A stretch of DNA of 64,000 nt. Source: Centroscyllium fabricii. Taxonomy: Eukaryota. The stretch lies in contig JBNRSN020000044.1 of NCBI GenBank assembly GCA_051313645.2, forward strand, positions 7,812,001 to 7,876,000, read 5' to 3'. The notes under the pieces are model-generated. The model was not told where the DNA came from, ran no database searches, and saw only the letters and a program-made list of their open reading frames with translations. This document shows positions 41,721 through 54,319 of the stretch, piece by piece. Position 1 is the stretch's first letter. Each line of letters starts with the position of its first letter. Made by a program: the position numbers and the translations under genes.

Positions 41721-43783
41721 CATAGAAACATAGAAACATAGAAGATAGGAGCAGAAGTAGGCCATTCGGTCCCTCGAGCTTGCGCCGCCATTCAAGAGAT
41801 CATGGCTGATCATCCAAATTCAGTACCCCGTACCTGCCTTTTCTCCATATCCCTTGATCCCTTTAGTTTTAAGAAATATATCCAGAGTTGGCCTCTACTG
41901 TCTTCTGTGGTAGAGAATTCCACAGGTTCACCACTCTCTGGGTGAAGAAATTCCTCCTCATCTCAGTCCTAAATGGCTTACCCCTTATCCTTGGATTGTG
42001 ATCCCTGGTCCTGGACTCCCCGGCCATCGGGAACATCCTTCCTGCATCTAGTCTGTCCAGTCTTGACAGAATTTTATAAGTTTTAATGAGATCCCCTCTC
42101 ATTCTTCTAAACTCCAGTGAGTATAAGCCCAATCGACCCAATCTCTCCTCATACGTCATTCCTGCCATCCCAGTATTAGCCATGTGAATCTTGGCTGCAC
42201 TCCCTCCATGGCAAGAACATCCTTCCTCATATAAGGTGACTAAAACTGCACACAATACTCAAGATGTGGTCTCACCAAGGCCCTGTACAACTGCAGTAGG
42301 ACATCCTTGTTCCTATACTCAAATCCTCTCGCTACGAAGCCCAACATACCATTTGCCTTCTTCACCGCCTGCTGCACCTGCATGCTTACCTTCAGCGACT
42401 GGTGCACAAGAACACCCAGGTCTCGTTGCACTTCCCCTTCTCCCAATCTTTTGCCATTCAGATAATAATCTGCCTTCCTGTTTTTGACACCAAAGTCGAT
42501 AACCTCGCATTTATCCACATTATATTGCATCTGCCATGCCTCTGCCCAATCACCCAACCTGTCCAAATCAGACTGGAGTTTCTCTTTATCCTCCTCACAG
42601 CACACATGCCCACCCAGCTTTGTGTCATCTGCAAACTTGGAGATATTACATCGAGTTCCCTCGTCCAGATCATTAATTTATATTGTGAATAGCTAGGGTC
42701 TTAGGATCAATCCCTGTGGTACTCCACTAGTCACTGCCTGCCACTCGGAAAAAGACTCATTTATTCCAAATTTGCTTTCTGTCTGCCAACCAGTTCTCTA
42801 TCCAAGTCAATACCTTGCCCCCAATCCCATGTGCTTTAACTTTACATGTTAATCTCTTATGCAGGACCTTATCAGAAGCCTTCTGAAAATCCAAATACAC
42901 CACATCCGCTGGTTCACCCTTATCTATTTTACCAGTTACATCCTCAAAAAATTCCAGTAGATTAGTCAAGCACGATTTACCTTTTGTAAATCCATGTTGA
43001 CTTTGCCCGATCTAGTCACTGTTTTCCAAGTGCTCTGCTATTACATCCTTTATAATGGACTCTGGCATTTTTCCCACTATCGATGTCAGGCTTATCGGTC
43101 TATAATTCCCCGTTTTCTCTCTACCACCTTTTTTGAATAGTGGGGTAACATTAGCTACCCTCCAATCCATGGGTACTGTTCTAGAGTCTATCGAATTTTG
43201 GAAGATGACCAGCAATGCATCTACTATTTCTAGGGCCACTTCCTTAAGTATCCTAGGATGTAGATTATCAGGCCCTGGGGATTTATCGGCCTTTAATGCT
43301 GTCAATTTCCCTAACACCATTTCCTGACAACTACTGATTTAATTCAATTCCTCTCCCTCATTAGACCCTATATTCCCTGACATCTCTGGGAGGTTCTTGT
43401 GTCCTCCTTTGTGAAGACAGAACCAAAGTATGTATTTAATTGGTCAGCCATTTCTTTGTTCCCCATTATAAATTCCCCTGATTCTGACTGCAAGGGACCT
43501 ACGCTTGACTTCACCAATCTTTTTCTCTTCACATATCTATAAAAGCTTTTACAGTCAGTTTTTATGTTCCCTGCCAGCTTACTCTCATACTCTATTTTCC
43601 CCCTTTTAATTAATCCCTTTGCCCTCCTTTGCTGAATCTTAAACTGTTCCCAATCCTCAGGTTTTCTGCTTTTTCTGGTCACTTTATATGTCCTCTCCTT
43701 GGATCTTATGCTATCCCTAATTTCCCTTATTAGCCACGGTTGAGTCACCTTTTTTGTTTTATTTTTATGCCAAACTGGCATGA
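41721..43783 (-). mobile_element. 5'-truncated CR1 LINE (~2 kb of ORF2 with stops and frameshifts)
   Basis: KADKSPGPD, NYRPISLTS, YLDFQKA, LVRPHLEYCVQF; (TTTCTATG)n tail. Confidence 0.94.
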
Positions 43784-44479
43784 CTACAATCGATTAATTT
43801 CCCATACTTTCCATCCCTGAGTGAGATTGCCAATCTGGAGCTCATTTGTACAAATCGAGCAGTTTTGGACTGTACCCATTTGGAACTGGGTCAAAATGAC
43901 CAGATCTATTTCATGCAGGACCCGGACCTTTGCATTAGCACTTGAACTCAGACAAATATAACCCACTGTGTATCTCCTCACACTGCCCATCATTCAATAA
44001 TAAAAAGAACCCCTGTCCTTCAATATTCATTAATAACAAGGCTGATTCTTCTTTGCTAATCTCCCCAGGGAGCAATTAATGTTGGTTCATTACAATGCAA
44101 ATTAGACAGATTACTTTCAGAAAATAATATTTTGCGATCAAATATCTGAGTAATTGGAGACATGACGTGTGGTGAGTGCAGCGTGCTGGGGAGGAACAAG
44201 TGATTCTGGACCTATGGTTCCCAAAGCTCTCCACCACTGGGGGTTTCCCCCGCCTCATGTCTGGGTCTGTTATAGACTCGTTGATAGAGATTGATTGCGA
44301 CAATTAGTCAACAACTCCATTATCATTGGATCGTATGACTACCAGGATGGTAGAAGGCGAAGTTGATGGATGCTGGTCTTTCTTCATCCAGCAACCCCTC
44401 TGTTCCTGCTGCCAGTTGTGCCTTAAAAGTTAGGAATGGTGCACCATGCACCTGTCAGGTTATCCTAGTAGGATTGATC

Positions 44480-45124
44480 AGCCTGGATTGAGCTGATTGG
44501 GCTAGTTTAGATTTTCCTGGGTTAGTTGGGTTAAGATGTGGTTATCAGGATAGCATGGGTTTGTCAGGTTAGCTTGATTGGATTAAGCTGGGATGGTTGG
44601 ATTAGCTTTGAATTGGTTGGGTTATCCTAGACTGATTGGGTTAGTGTGGGTTGGACTGGTTAAGATTTGTTTGGGCTGATTGGGTTAGTTTGGGCTAATT
44701 AGGTTAGTTTGGGCTGATTGGGTTAGTTTGGGTTAGTTTGGGCTGATTGGATTAGTTTGGGTTAGTTTGGGCTGTTTGGGTTGATTGGGTCAGTTTGGAC
44801 TGATTGGGTCAGTTTAGGCTGATTGGGTTAGTTTGGGCTGATTGGATTAGTTTGGGCTGTTTGGATTAGTTTGGGCTGATTGGGTTAGTTTGGGCTGATT
44901 GGGTTAGTTTGGGCTGATTGGGTTAGTTTGGGCTGATTGGGTTAGTTTGGGCTGTTTGGATTAGTTTGGGCTGTTTGGGTTAGTTTGGGCTGATTGGGTT
45001 AGTTTGGGCTGATTGGGTCAGTTTGGGCTAATTGGGTTAGTTTGGGCTGATTGGGTTAGCTTGGGCTGATTGGGTTAGTGTGTGCTGATTGGGTTAGTTT
45101 GGGCTGATTGGGTTAGCTTGGGCT
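44480..45124. repeat. 19-bp G-rich minisatellite (TGATTGGGTTAGTTTGGGC)n
   Basis: Direct periodicity, most regular at 44680-45124 and degenerating leftwards. Confidence 0.92.
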
Positions 45125-45340
45125 CCCGAACCTCCTCGACCTGCGGCCCCCATCCCCAACTCCCCCTCCGACTTGCGGCCCCCCCTCTCCCATCAGACTG
45201 GCAGAGAGCACTTGAGGGGGGTTAGGATCTGGCCATTGGTTTCAATACATGGCTTTTCACTCTCACTGTCTAATATTCGGTTTATTTCATAATGGTTGAA
45301 AACATAAAACCTGAAAGTTTATGGTGTCTTTTAAGAGAAG

Positions 45341-45346
45341 TTTATT
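45341..45346 (-). terminator. Candidate polyadenylation signal of pth2
   Basis: AATAAA on the minus strand 75 nt after the stop; a second one at 45281-45286. Confidence 0.55.
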
Positions 45347-45420
45347 GCAGTTAAACAATGAATCACATTTCTGCATTTGGAACACACACAAACACCAATC
45401 ATCCATACATTGTGCTACAT

Positions 45421-46078
45421 CTACTTTTTATTAATCACAAGTTGTCTCATCACAGAGTTCAGCCATTTCTGTCGCTGCATCGCTGTCAGGAACTTGCTCT
45501 TTTCTCGAAAAGCGACATCATCAGCCACCACAATGCTTCTCTTTACTTCTTCATTGGTGCTTGGCTCCAGCCAATCAGATGACCAGCTTTTGCCCAGGGT
45601 AACCCTGGTCAGACCTGCACCATCTCCAAGTGTGTTGTGCGATTGATCGCCACGATTGCTGGGCTCTACTGGGAAATTGCCATCCCCAAGTGTGTTGTGC
45701 GATTGATCGCCATGATTTCTGGGCTCTACTGGGAAATTGCCATCCCCAAGTGTGTTGTGCGATTGATCGCCACGATTGCTGGGCTCTACTGGGAAATTGC
45801 CATCCCCAAGTGTGTTGTGCGATTGATCGCCATGATTGCTGGGCTCTACTGGGAATTTTGCAAACCAAGCTCGACGTCGTAAAGATGGCATCCACCAGCT
45901 CCCAGAGTCCTTTCCTGGGAGTCCTTTGAGTGTGGGGAATGGTGACTTCATCTCAGTGCCCCAATCAGGTAACGAGGCAGATGGATCCCAGCCTGGGACA
46001 ACCGGCAAAATATTCTCCACTTGTTTGGCTCCTGTCAATCCCGGCAAGTTTTCAATTTTCCAGAATGTCGGTGGAGAA
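45421..46078 (-). CDS. pth2: PTH2 / TIP39 precursor, terminal coding exon (pro-region + KR + mature SIVVADDVAFREKSKFLTAMQRQKWLNSVMRQLVINKK at 45537-45424)
   Basis: The C-terminal 38-mer after KR matches the TIP39 signature (xxxxADDAAFRE....L...ER..WLNSYM). Pro-region motifs PSxSLxDW and WxxDW...KR resemble fish pth2. Acceptor TACTATTGTAG|T, phase 2. Confidence 0.95.
45620..45855 (-). repeat. 60-bp in-frame coding tandem repeat (~4 copies) inside the pth2 pro-region
   Basis: Encodes 4 x FPVEP[S/R]N[H/R]GDQSHNTLGDG[N/A]. Confidence 0.95.
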
Positions 46079-46235
46079 CTACAATAGTACAATAAAATTT
46101 AATGTCAACATATCCAAACTCTCAATTAGATTCTAGGCTTTAAATCACTCCCAGGTATCATTATTCTAAATGTTATGTTAAGTAATTAGGACAAGAGATG
46201 ACCACCAGGATCATGCGCACTGCCCAACTTATTAT

Positions 46236-48100
46236 TGTGGTAATCGTATAAATACCACTGTAACTAGTTGATGGCTCACCTTGTATTGTATTGTATTGTA
46301 TTGTAGGCCAGGTCAGCCACACCCCTAACTCCTCCCCTCAGGTCGGAGCATATAGGTGAGAGCTGCCCTGCCCCCACTCATTCTTCGCCTTGACCTCATC
46401 AGGAGACCAGCTCCATTGTTAGTTAATAAAAGCCTGTAGTTTAGGTAACTACTCGTCTTTGCGTATTAATTGACAGTACGTCAATTTTATTAACTAAATT
46501 TTAAAACATGGAGAGTAACACAGTGAGACCGGATCGCCTCGACATAAACCCTCAGGCACCTGAAGCTGCTAATGACTTCGAACACTGGTTTGGCCTGGTC
46601 GAGGCCTACATGAAGGCCGTAAAGGCTACGAGTGATGAGGACAAACTCCAGGTACTCTCATCACGGATCAGCGGCCGGGTGTACTCTTTTATCCGCGGTC
46701 TCAAGACTTACGAGTAAGCAGCCAAGAAATTAAAGGACTGCTACATGCGCCCGGCCAACTCGGTCTATGCCAGGCATCTTCTGGCGACCAGAAGACAATG
46801 ACTCAGTGAGTCAAATGAACAGTTTCTACTAGCGCTCCAAGCCCTCGCACGGGCCTGTGACTGCAAGGCAAGGACAGCGGAGGAAGATGCGAACCTCCTA
46901 ATCCGCGATGCCTACGTGGCTGGACTCAGATCCAGCCAGGCTCACCAGGGGCTGCTGGAGCAGGACACACTGTCGCTTGAGTCCACGATAACGCTTTCTA
47001 ATGCGGTGGACGGAGCGCTTCAAATGCTGGATGTGTACAGAGATCACGGCTCCCACTGTACCCCTGACCCCTGGGTGACACAGCGACAGGCCGAGACCCC
47101 CACGATGGCAGTGGTGACTGTGAAGACACCGGCAGGGTGACCACTTACAACCCCCGGGGGAACGGCCAGGTAGAAAGGGAAAACGGGACCATCTGGAAGG
47201 CGGTCAACCTGGGCCTGAAGTCCAGAGGCCTTCCAGTTTCCCGTTGGCAGGAGGTCCTCCCAGATGCGCTCCATGCCATCTGCTATCTGTTGTGTACCGC
47301 CACTAACTCCACACCTCATGACCTGTTGTTTTCCTTCCCCAGGAAGTCGACTTCAGGGACAGCACTCCCGCTGTGGCTCACAGCGCAGGGGCCAGTATTG
47401 CTTAGAAAGCACGTCCGCAGCCACAAGACTGACCCCCTGGTGGAACGGGTGCACCTGCTCCATGCCAACCTGCAATATTCCCGGACGGGCACGAGGATAC
47501 AGTCTCGATCAGGGACCTGGCGCCCGCCGGGAGCACCAGGGCAGAACCCCCGGTCGAGCCTCAGCCCGACCAGCCACCACCCACCGAATACTGGCCCCCA
47601 TACACACACACACCGGGGCCCTCAACACCACCGATTGACGACCCGGGATCGGACACCACACCGCTGGCGGAGAGCTCGATCCCGGCCCTGCAACCAGCAC
47701 CACCATTGCCGGCACCCTGGCGGTCCCCCAGGCACACGCGACCACCGGAGAGACTAATAACGCTATGCTAATTGCTAATGGACATATAGAGATTTTATTT
47801 TTCCCTCACCCGAAGGCACGTTCACCCGGCCGGACTTGTTTTTAAAGAAGGGGTGAATGTGGTAATCGTATAAATACCACTGTAAATAGTTGATGGCTCA
47901 CCTTGTATTGTATTGTATTGTAGGCCAGGCCAGCCACACCCCTAACTCCTCCCCTCAGGTCGGAGCATATAGGTGAGGGCTGCCCTGCCCCCGCTCATTC
48001 TTTGCCTTGACCTTATCAGGAGACCAGCTCCATTGTTAGTTAATAAAAGCCTGTAGTTTAGGTAACTACTCGTCTTTGCGTATTAATTGACGATACGTCA
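46236..48100 (+). mobile_element. Internally deleted Gypsy-like LTR retrotransposon in the pth2 intron (LTRs 46236-46483 and 47858-48100; gag remnant fused to integrase C-half)
   Basis: Two highly similar TG..CA LTRs, PPT AAAGAAGGGGTGAA before the 3' LTR and TSD ATTAT/ATTAC. Gag-like ORF from 46508 with stops; integrase motif TTYNPRGNGQVERENGTIW..W...LP.AL...ATNSTP. Confidence 0.92.
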
Positions 48101-48729
48101 ATTACTAGCCTCGTTCCCCTATTCCCCCCCTCGCCTTCCCGTCCTTCCTCACCTCCCCATTCATCCTTCTTCCCTCGCCTCCCTGTCCCCCATCCCCATT
48201 CCCCCCTCCACCCCCCTTCACTGCCCTCTCCTCCCCTTCCACCATCCCCCCCTCACCTCCCCTCTCCCCAATCCCCCTCCCCCCAGCCACCCGCTCCCCC
48301 CCCCAGCCAAACCCCCCTCCCCCCTCGCCTCCAGGGAGAGGCAAAAACTCACACAGAGATGCAGCTAATTCAGGAAGCCTCTGACAAAAATTCCTCTGCA
48401 ACTCCTCAGAGATGATCAGGCAAGCTCCAGGAGGTCTTAGCCTTGATTATTACCCAAAATGTTATCTTTCTTTGCCACAATCTCGTAATATCCCAAAACT
48501 GCATCGAACACCTTCTGGAAGGCCTGCAATTAATCGATGCTCACGACCACTTCCAGAACCTTCTTCCACCAGTCTGAGAAAAGTGAAACTTTGAAACAGC
48601 CAACCCTACCCTCTGACGCCTCGTCTCCACCCACCCATCACCTCAAACAAATGATTCACTTGTATCTTATCAATACCCTTAGTCATTTTAAACGCCAGAC
48701 TCCGAAGCCTCTCCAGTGAATCAAAATCC

Positions 48730-49420
48730 AAGGTGCAAAGCCCTCCACAGTTAAACATGTTTGGGCCTGGGATCATCCTCACTGCTGATTTCCTGTCCTC
48801 TTTGGGGTGGGAAACAGGTTCATAATACTCCAGGTGAGGCAGGTGTCCAGGGCCTGTTCACCTTGGCTGCAGCTCTTGAAACTGTGCTTGAACCTTTAGG
48901 GAACGGTCAATGATTAATCCCATGTCTCTCTCCCTTTAACTGCCCCCCACTCATGGTACACTGTAAATAATTTCACATTTACCAACAGCTTGATGTCCAC
49001 ATTCCCAATCTGTCCAAATCCAGTTGTAATATATTTCCTTTTGAAGGTTCTAACCCTACTGCACTTTTTAGTATCATCTGTGAATTTAATTACTGTCTAC
49101 AAGAAAGGAACTCTGGGCATTCCTCTAGTGACTGCACTCCATTGGGAAGAAGTCCTATTTGAAACCATCCTTCAAGCAGGCTCCTTTTAGGTCATTTGTG
49201 ATCCATCTCACAATCTGACCCTTGACAGCAATGGACTTCATTTTAGCAGAATCATTCTTGTGGTATTTTTTGAACTGTTTTGGAAATCCAAGCAGATGAG
49301 ATCTGGATCCATCCAGACTCATCACAAACTGGATCAGGTCTGTCAAGTATGATGTCTGTTTTCTGATGCTGTGTTGAGTATTCCTACCAATCCCGGGTGG
49401 TCTAGATGATGGTTAATAGC
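48730..49420 (-). mobile_element. Highly degenerate CR1 RT fragment
   Basis: Residual motifs (HLLGFPKQFKK, KGQIVRWITN) and the CR1-like order of segments. Confidence 0.5.
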
Positions 49421-49759
49421 CTCCCTAATGATGATATACCAACAGTCAGGTTAATCTACAGATATCAGCTTGTGATTTTAACACTTTTTAAAATAAGAGC
49501 ATCACTAACAAAATATACAAATCATCTAAACCCCTCAATTAGATCCCAGCCTCTAATTCACTCCTGGATATATCAATCATCCAAACTCCTCCAGTCTGCA
49601 ACTGATGTCCAGATATTCACACTCCTTGATTAAGATTCCAGCCTGTAATTCATTTCTCGAAATCCATTCTATGTATAAAACATCCAAATCCCTCAAATAC
49701 ATTTTGCACACTGACAGTATAAATGGTGGCACGGACTGGAGCACCCCGGGGGGCAATTG

Positions 49760-50250
49760 ATTTGCTATCGCCCCATTTTCTATCACCCCATTCGCTATCA
49801 CCCCATTCGCTATCACCCCATTATCTATCGCCCCATTCGCTACAGCCCATTCGCTATCGCCCCATTCGCTACAGCCCATTTGCTATCGCCCCATTGACTA
49901 CAGCCCATTCGCTACAGCCCATTCGCTGTTGCCCCATTTGCTATCGCCCCATTCGCTACAGCCCATTCGCTATCGCCCCATTCGCTACAGCCCATTTGCT
50001 ATCGCCCCATTGACTACAGCCCATTCGCTAGCGCCCCATTCGCTACAGCCCATTTGCTGTTGCCCCATTCGCTATCGCCCCATTCGCTACAGCCCATTCG
50101 CTATCGGCCCATTCGCTACAGCACATTCGCTATCACCCCATCCGCTATCGCCCCATTTGCTACAGCCCATTTGCTATCGCCCATTCGCTGTTGCCCCATT
50201 CGCTATCGCCCCATTCACTATCGGCCCATTCGCTACAGCCAATTCGCTAT
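49760..50250. repeat. 14/15-bp minisatellite (GCCCCATTCGCTATC / GCCCATTCGCTACA), left part
   Basis: Direct periodicity. Confidence 0.93.
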
Positions 50251-53200
50251 CATAGAGTCATAGAGTCATAGAAAATAGGTGCAGGAGAAGACCATTCGGT
50301 CCGTCGAGCCCGCACCGCCATTCAATACGTTCATGGCTGAACACAAGAACACAAGAACAGAAGACACAAGAACACAGGAACACAAGAACACAAGAACCCC
50401 ATAAATAGGAGCAGGAGTAGGCCAATCGGCCCCCCAAGCCCACCCCCTCACCCATCAAGATCATTGCTGATCCTACCCTAACCTTCGTACCACTATCACC
50501 CTTCTCCCACCCAAAGAACCGTGTGATCTCCTGGGAGAGGCGAAAAACCGGATAAAAACCCAGGTCCAATTTGGGAAAAAAATCTGGGAAATTCCTCTCC
50601 GACCCCAATCCAGGCGATCGAAACTTGTCCAGGAGATCACTCAGGTCTTACTATACTAACCATAACTCAGGTCCACTTCCCTGCCCGCTCCCCGTAACCC
50701 CTAATTCCCTTGTCAGCTAAAAAACAGTCTATTTCGGTTTTAAATTTATTTAATGTTCCCGCTTCCACAGCTCCCTGAGGCAGTGAATTCCACAGATTAA
50801 CCACCCTCTGGGTGAAGAAGTTTCTCCTCATCTCAGTTTTAAAAGAGCCCCCCCTTATTCTAAGACTATGCCCCCTAGTTCTAGTCTCCCCGATCATTGG
50901 AAACATCCTTGGCGCATCCACCCGATCAAGGCCCCTCACGATCTTATACGTTTCAATAAGATCGCCTCTCATTCTTCTGAACTCTAAAGAGTAGAGTCCC
51001 AACCTACTTAACCTTTCCTCATATGTCAACCCCCTCATCGCTGGAATTAACCATGTAAACCTTCTCTGCACTGCCTCCAGGGCAAGTACATCCTTTCTTA
51101 AGTATGGACACCAAAACTGCACACAATATTCCAAATGCGGTCTCACCAATACTGTGTACAGCTGCAGCAAGACCTCCCTGCTTTTATACTCTATCCCCCT
51201 AGCAATAAAGGCTAAGACTCCATTGGCCTTCCTAATCACTTGCTGCACCTGCATACTAACTTTTTGCGATTCATGCACTAATACCCCCAGGTCTCTTTGC
51301 GTTCTATTACAATGCAGCTCCTCCCCATTTAGAAAATAACTTGCCCTATGATTTTTTTTTCCAAAGTGTATAACTTCACATTTATCAGTATTAAATTTCA
51401 TCTGCCAAATTGCTGCCCAATCACCTAGCTTATCTATATCCTTTTGCAGGCTTTTTCTGTCCTCCTCTCTCCCTGCTTTTCCTCCCATTTTTGTGTCATC
51501 TGCAAACTTTGATATATTACACTTGGTCCCCTCCTCCAAATCATTTATATAGATTGTAAACAGCTGGGGTCCCAGCACCGACCCCTGCGGAACACCGCTA
51601 GTCACCGATTGCCATCCCGAGTATGAACCATTTATCCCAACTCTCTGCTTCCTGTTTGAAAGCCAATCCTCTACCCATGCTAATATATTTCCCCCAATCC
51701 CATAATTTTTTATTTTAAGCAATAGTCTCTTATGTGGCACCTTGTCAAAAGCCTTTTGGAAGTCCAAGTATACCACATCCACCGGTTCCCCTTTATCCAC
51801 CCGAGATGTTACTTCCTCAAAGAATTCGAGCAAATTAGTTAAACATGACTTCCCCTTCGTAAAACCATGCTGACTCTGTCCGATTAAGTCATGTTTATCC
51901 AAGTGCCCCGTCAGTGTTTCTTTAATAATGGTCTCTAACATTTTACCCACCACAGATGTTAGACTAACCGGTCTATAGTTACCAGCCTTCTGTCTACTTC
52001 CCTTTTTAAATATAGGTGTTACATTAGCCTATTTCCAATCCACCGGGACCCTTCCTGACTCCAGGGAGTTTTGGAAAATTATCACCAATGCATCCACAAT
52101 CCCCACCGCTATTTCTCTCAAGACCCTAGGATGTAATCCATCAGGCCCAGGGGATTTATCCGCCTTAAGTCCCATTAATTTACCTAATACCATCTCCTTA
52201 ATGATCTTAATAGTGTTTAGCTCCTCCATTCCTATAGCCCCCTGTTTATCCAGCGTTGGAATATTTTTTATGTCTTCTACGGTAAAGACTGATACAAAAT
52301 ATTCATTTAATGCTTTTGCCATCTCCATGTTCCCCACCAACAATTTCCCAGTCTCACCCTCCAATGGACCAACATTCACCTTAGCCACCCTTTTTCTTTT
52401 TATATAACTATAAAAACTCTTGCTATTAGTTTTTATGTTTTTCGCTAAGTTACTTTCATAATCTATTTTCCCCTTCTTAATTAATCTCTTTGTTATTTTT
52501 TGCTGACTTTTAAATGCTTCCCAGTCTTCTGTCTTCCCACTGTATCTGGCTACCTTATATGCCCTCGCCTTTAGCCGAATACTATCCTTTATTACTTTAC
52601 TTAGCCATGGTTGGCTGCCCTTTCCATTACCCCTTTTTTTCTTCAGTGGAATGTATTTTTCTTGAAGGTTGTACACTAACTCCTTAAAAGTACGCCACTG
52701 CTCATGTACCGTCTTATTCTTTAGTCCGTTATCCCAATCTACTTTAATCAGTTCTGTTCTCATACCTTCATAGTCTCCCTTGTTTAGACTAAGTACCCTG
52801 GTTTGAGTTTCAAATTGCTCCCCCTCTAGTTGAATATGGAATTCAACCATATTGTGGTCACTCGTTCCAAGAGGGTCCCTAACTATGACATTTTTAATTA
52901 ATCCTGCTTCATTACACAGGACCAGATCCAAGATTGCCTCCCCCCTTGTCGGTTCAGTGACATACTGTTCTAAGAACCCATCCCTAATACACTCTATAAA
53001 CTCTTCCTCTAGTCTACCCTGCCCAGTCTGATTTGTCCAGTTGATATGAAAGTTAAAGTCCCCCATGATTACAGCAGTTCCCTTATTACATGCTTCAACT
53101 ATTTGCTGATTTATGTTCTGACCAACAGAGTCACAACTATTGGGAGGTCTATAGATTACACCCACTAGTGTTTTTTTCCCCTTATTATTCTCTATCTGTA

Positions 53201-53700
53201 CCCAAGCTGTTTCACTATCCTGATCATTTGACCCAATATCCTTCCTTTCTATTGCAGTTATTCCATCCTTTATTAAAAAGGCCACCCCACCTCCTTTTCT
53301 TTCCTGTCTGTCTTTTCTGATTGTCAAGTAACCCTCTATGTTTAACTCCCAGTCCTGATCACCTTGCAGCCATGTTTCTGTAATGGCCACAATATCATAC
53401 CTATACGTGCTTAATTGTACCGTCAATTCATCTATCTTATTGCGAATACTACGTGCATTCAGATAAAGCACTTTCACATGTGTTTTACTACCCTTTATTT
53501 CTGTTTTTACTCCTTTTACGACTCTACCTTTATCTTCATACATTCTGTATCCTCCTAGCACACTTTGATTTTCAGATTCCCCACTGAAACCCTGCTCTAT
53601 TTCCTTTACCCCTGTCGTTATTATCTCTCTTGAATCCTCCCCCCCGCTACTTAGTTTAAAGACCTCTCTATTGCCCTAGTTATATGATTTGCCAGGACCC
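50251..53700 (-). mobile_element. Young CR1 LINE, 5'-truncated at the end of ORF1, ORF2 complete except one in-frame stop
   Basis: ORFs 52029-53561 (APE endonuclease) and 50667-51953 (RT) lie in the same frame, separated by TAG at 52029-52031. Composite 3'UTR and (ACTCTATG)n tail. Confidence 0.96.
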
Positions 53701-53704
53701 TAGT

Positions 53705-54133
53705 CCCATTCGCTATCGCCCCATTTGCTATCGCCCTATTCACTACTGTCCATTCGCTATCGCCCCATTTGCTATCGCCCCATTTGCTATCTCCCCATTC
53801 GCTATCGCCCTATTCACTACTGTCCATTCGCTATCGCCCCATTTGCTATCGCCCCATTCGCTACAGCCCATTTGCTATCGCCCCATTGACTACAGCCCAT
53901 TCGCTGTTGCCCCATTCGCTATCGCCCCATTCGCTACAGCCCATTTGCTATCGCCCCATTGACTACAGCCCATTCGCTACAGCCCATTCGCTGTTGCCCC
54001 ATTCGCTATCGCCCCATTCGCTACAGCCCATTCACTATCAGCCCATTCGCTACAGCCAATTCGCTATCGCCCCATTCGCTATCGCCCCATTCGCTATCGC
54101 CCCATTTGCTATCGCCCCATTCACTATCGCCTG
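53705..54133. repeat. 14/15-bp minisatellite, right part
   Basis: Same unit as 49760-50250. Confidence 0.93.
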
Positions 54134-54319
54134 ATTCACTGAGGCCTGGTTCACTACCTGCCAAAGACCAGTTTCATCCCCTGGAGTTATCTGCATATCT
54201 CAGACAAAAGTTCAGAGCAAATAAAATTCAAACCTCACCAAATATAAACAAAGGGCAATATTTGTAGTGACTGGAAATTGAGCTAAATCAACAATAAATT
54301 CTCCCATTGGAGGCGTTAC

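Noticed and set aside
46079-46092. ORF-track start of the 223-aa pth2 ORF
   Set aside because: It is a TTG inside the intron acceptor; the real start is the signal-peptide exon at 54426.
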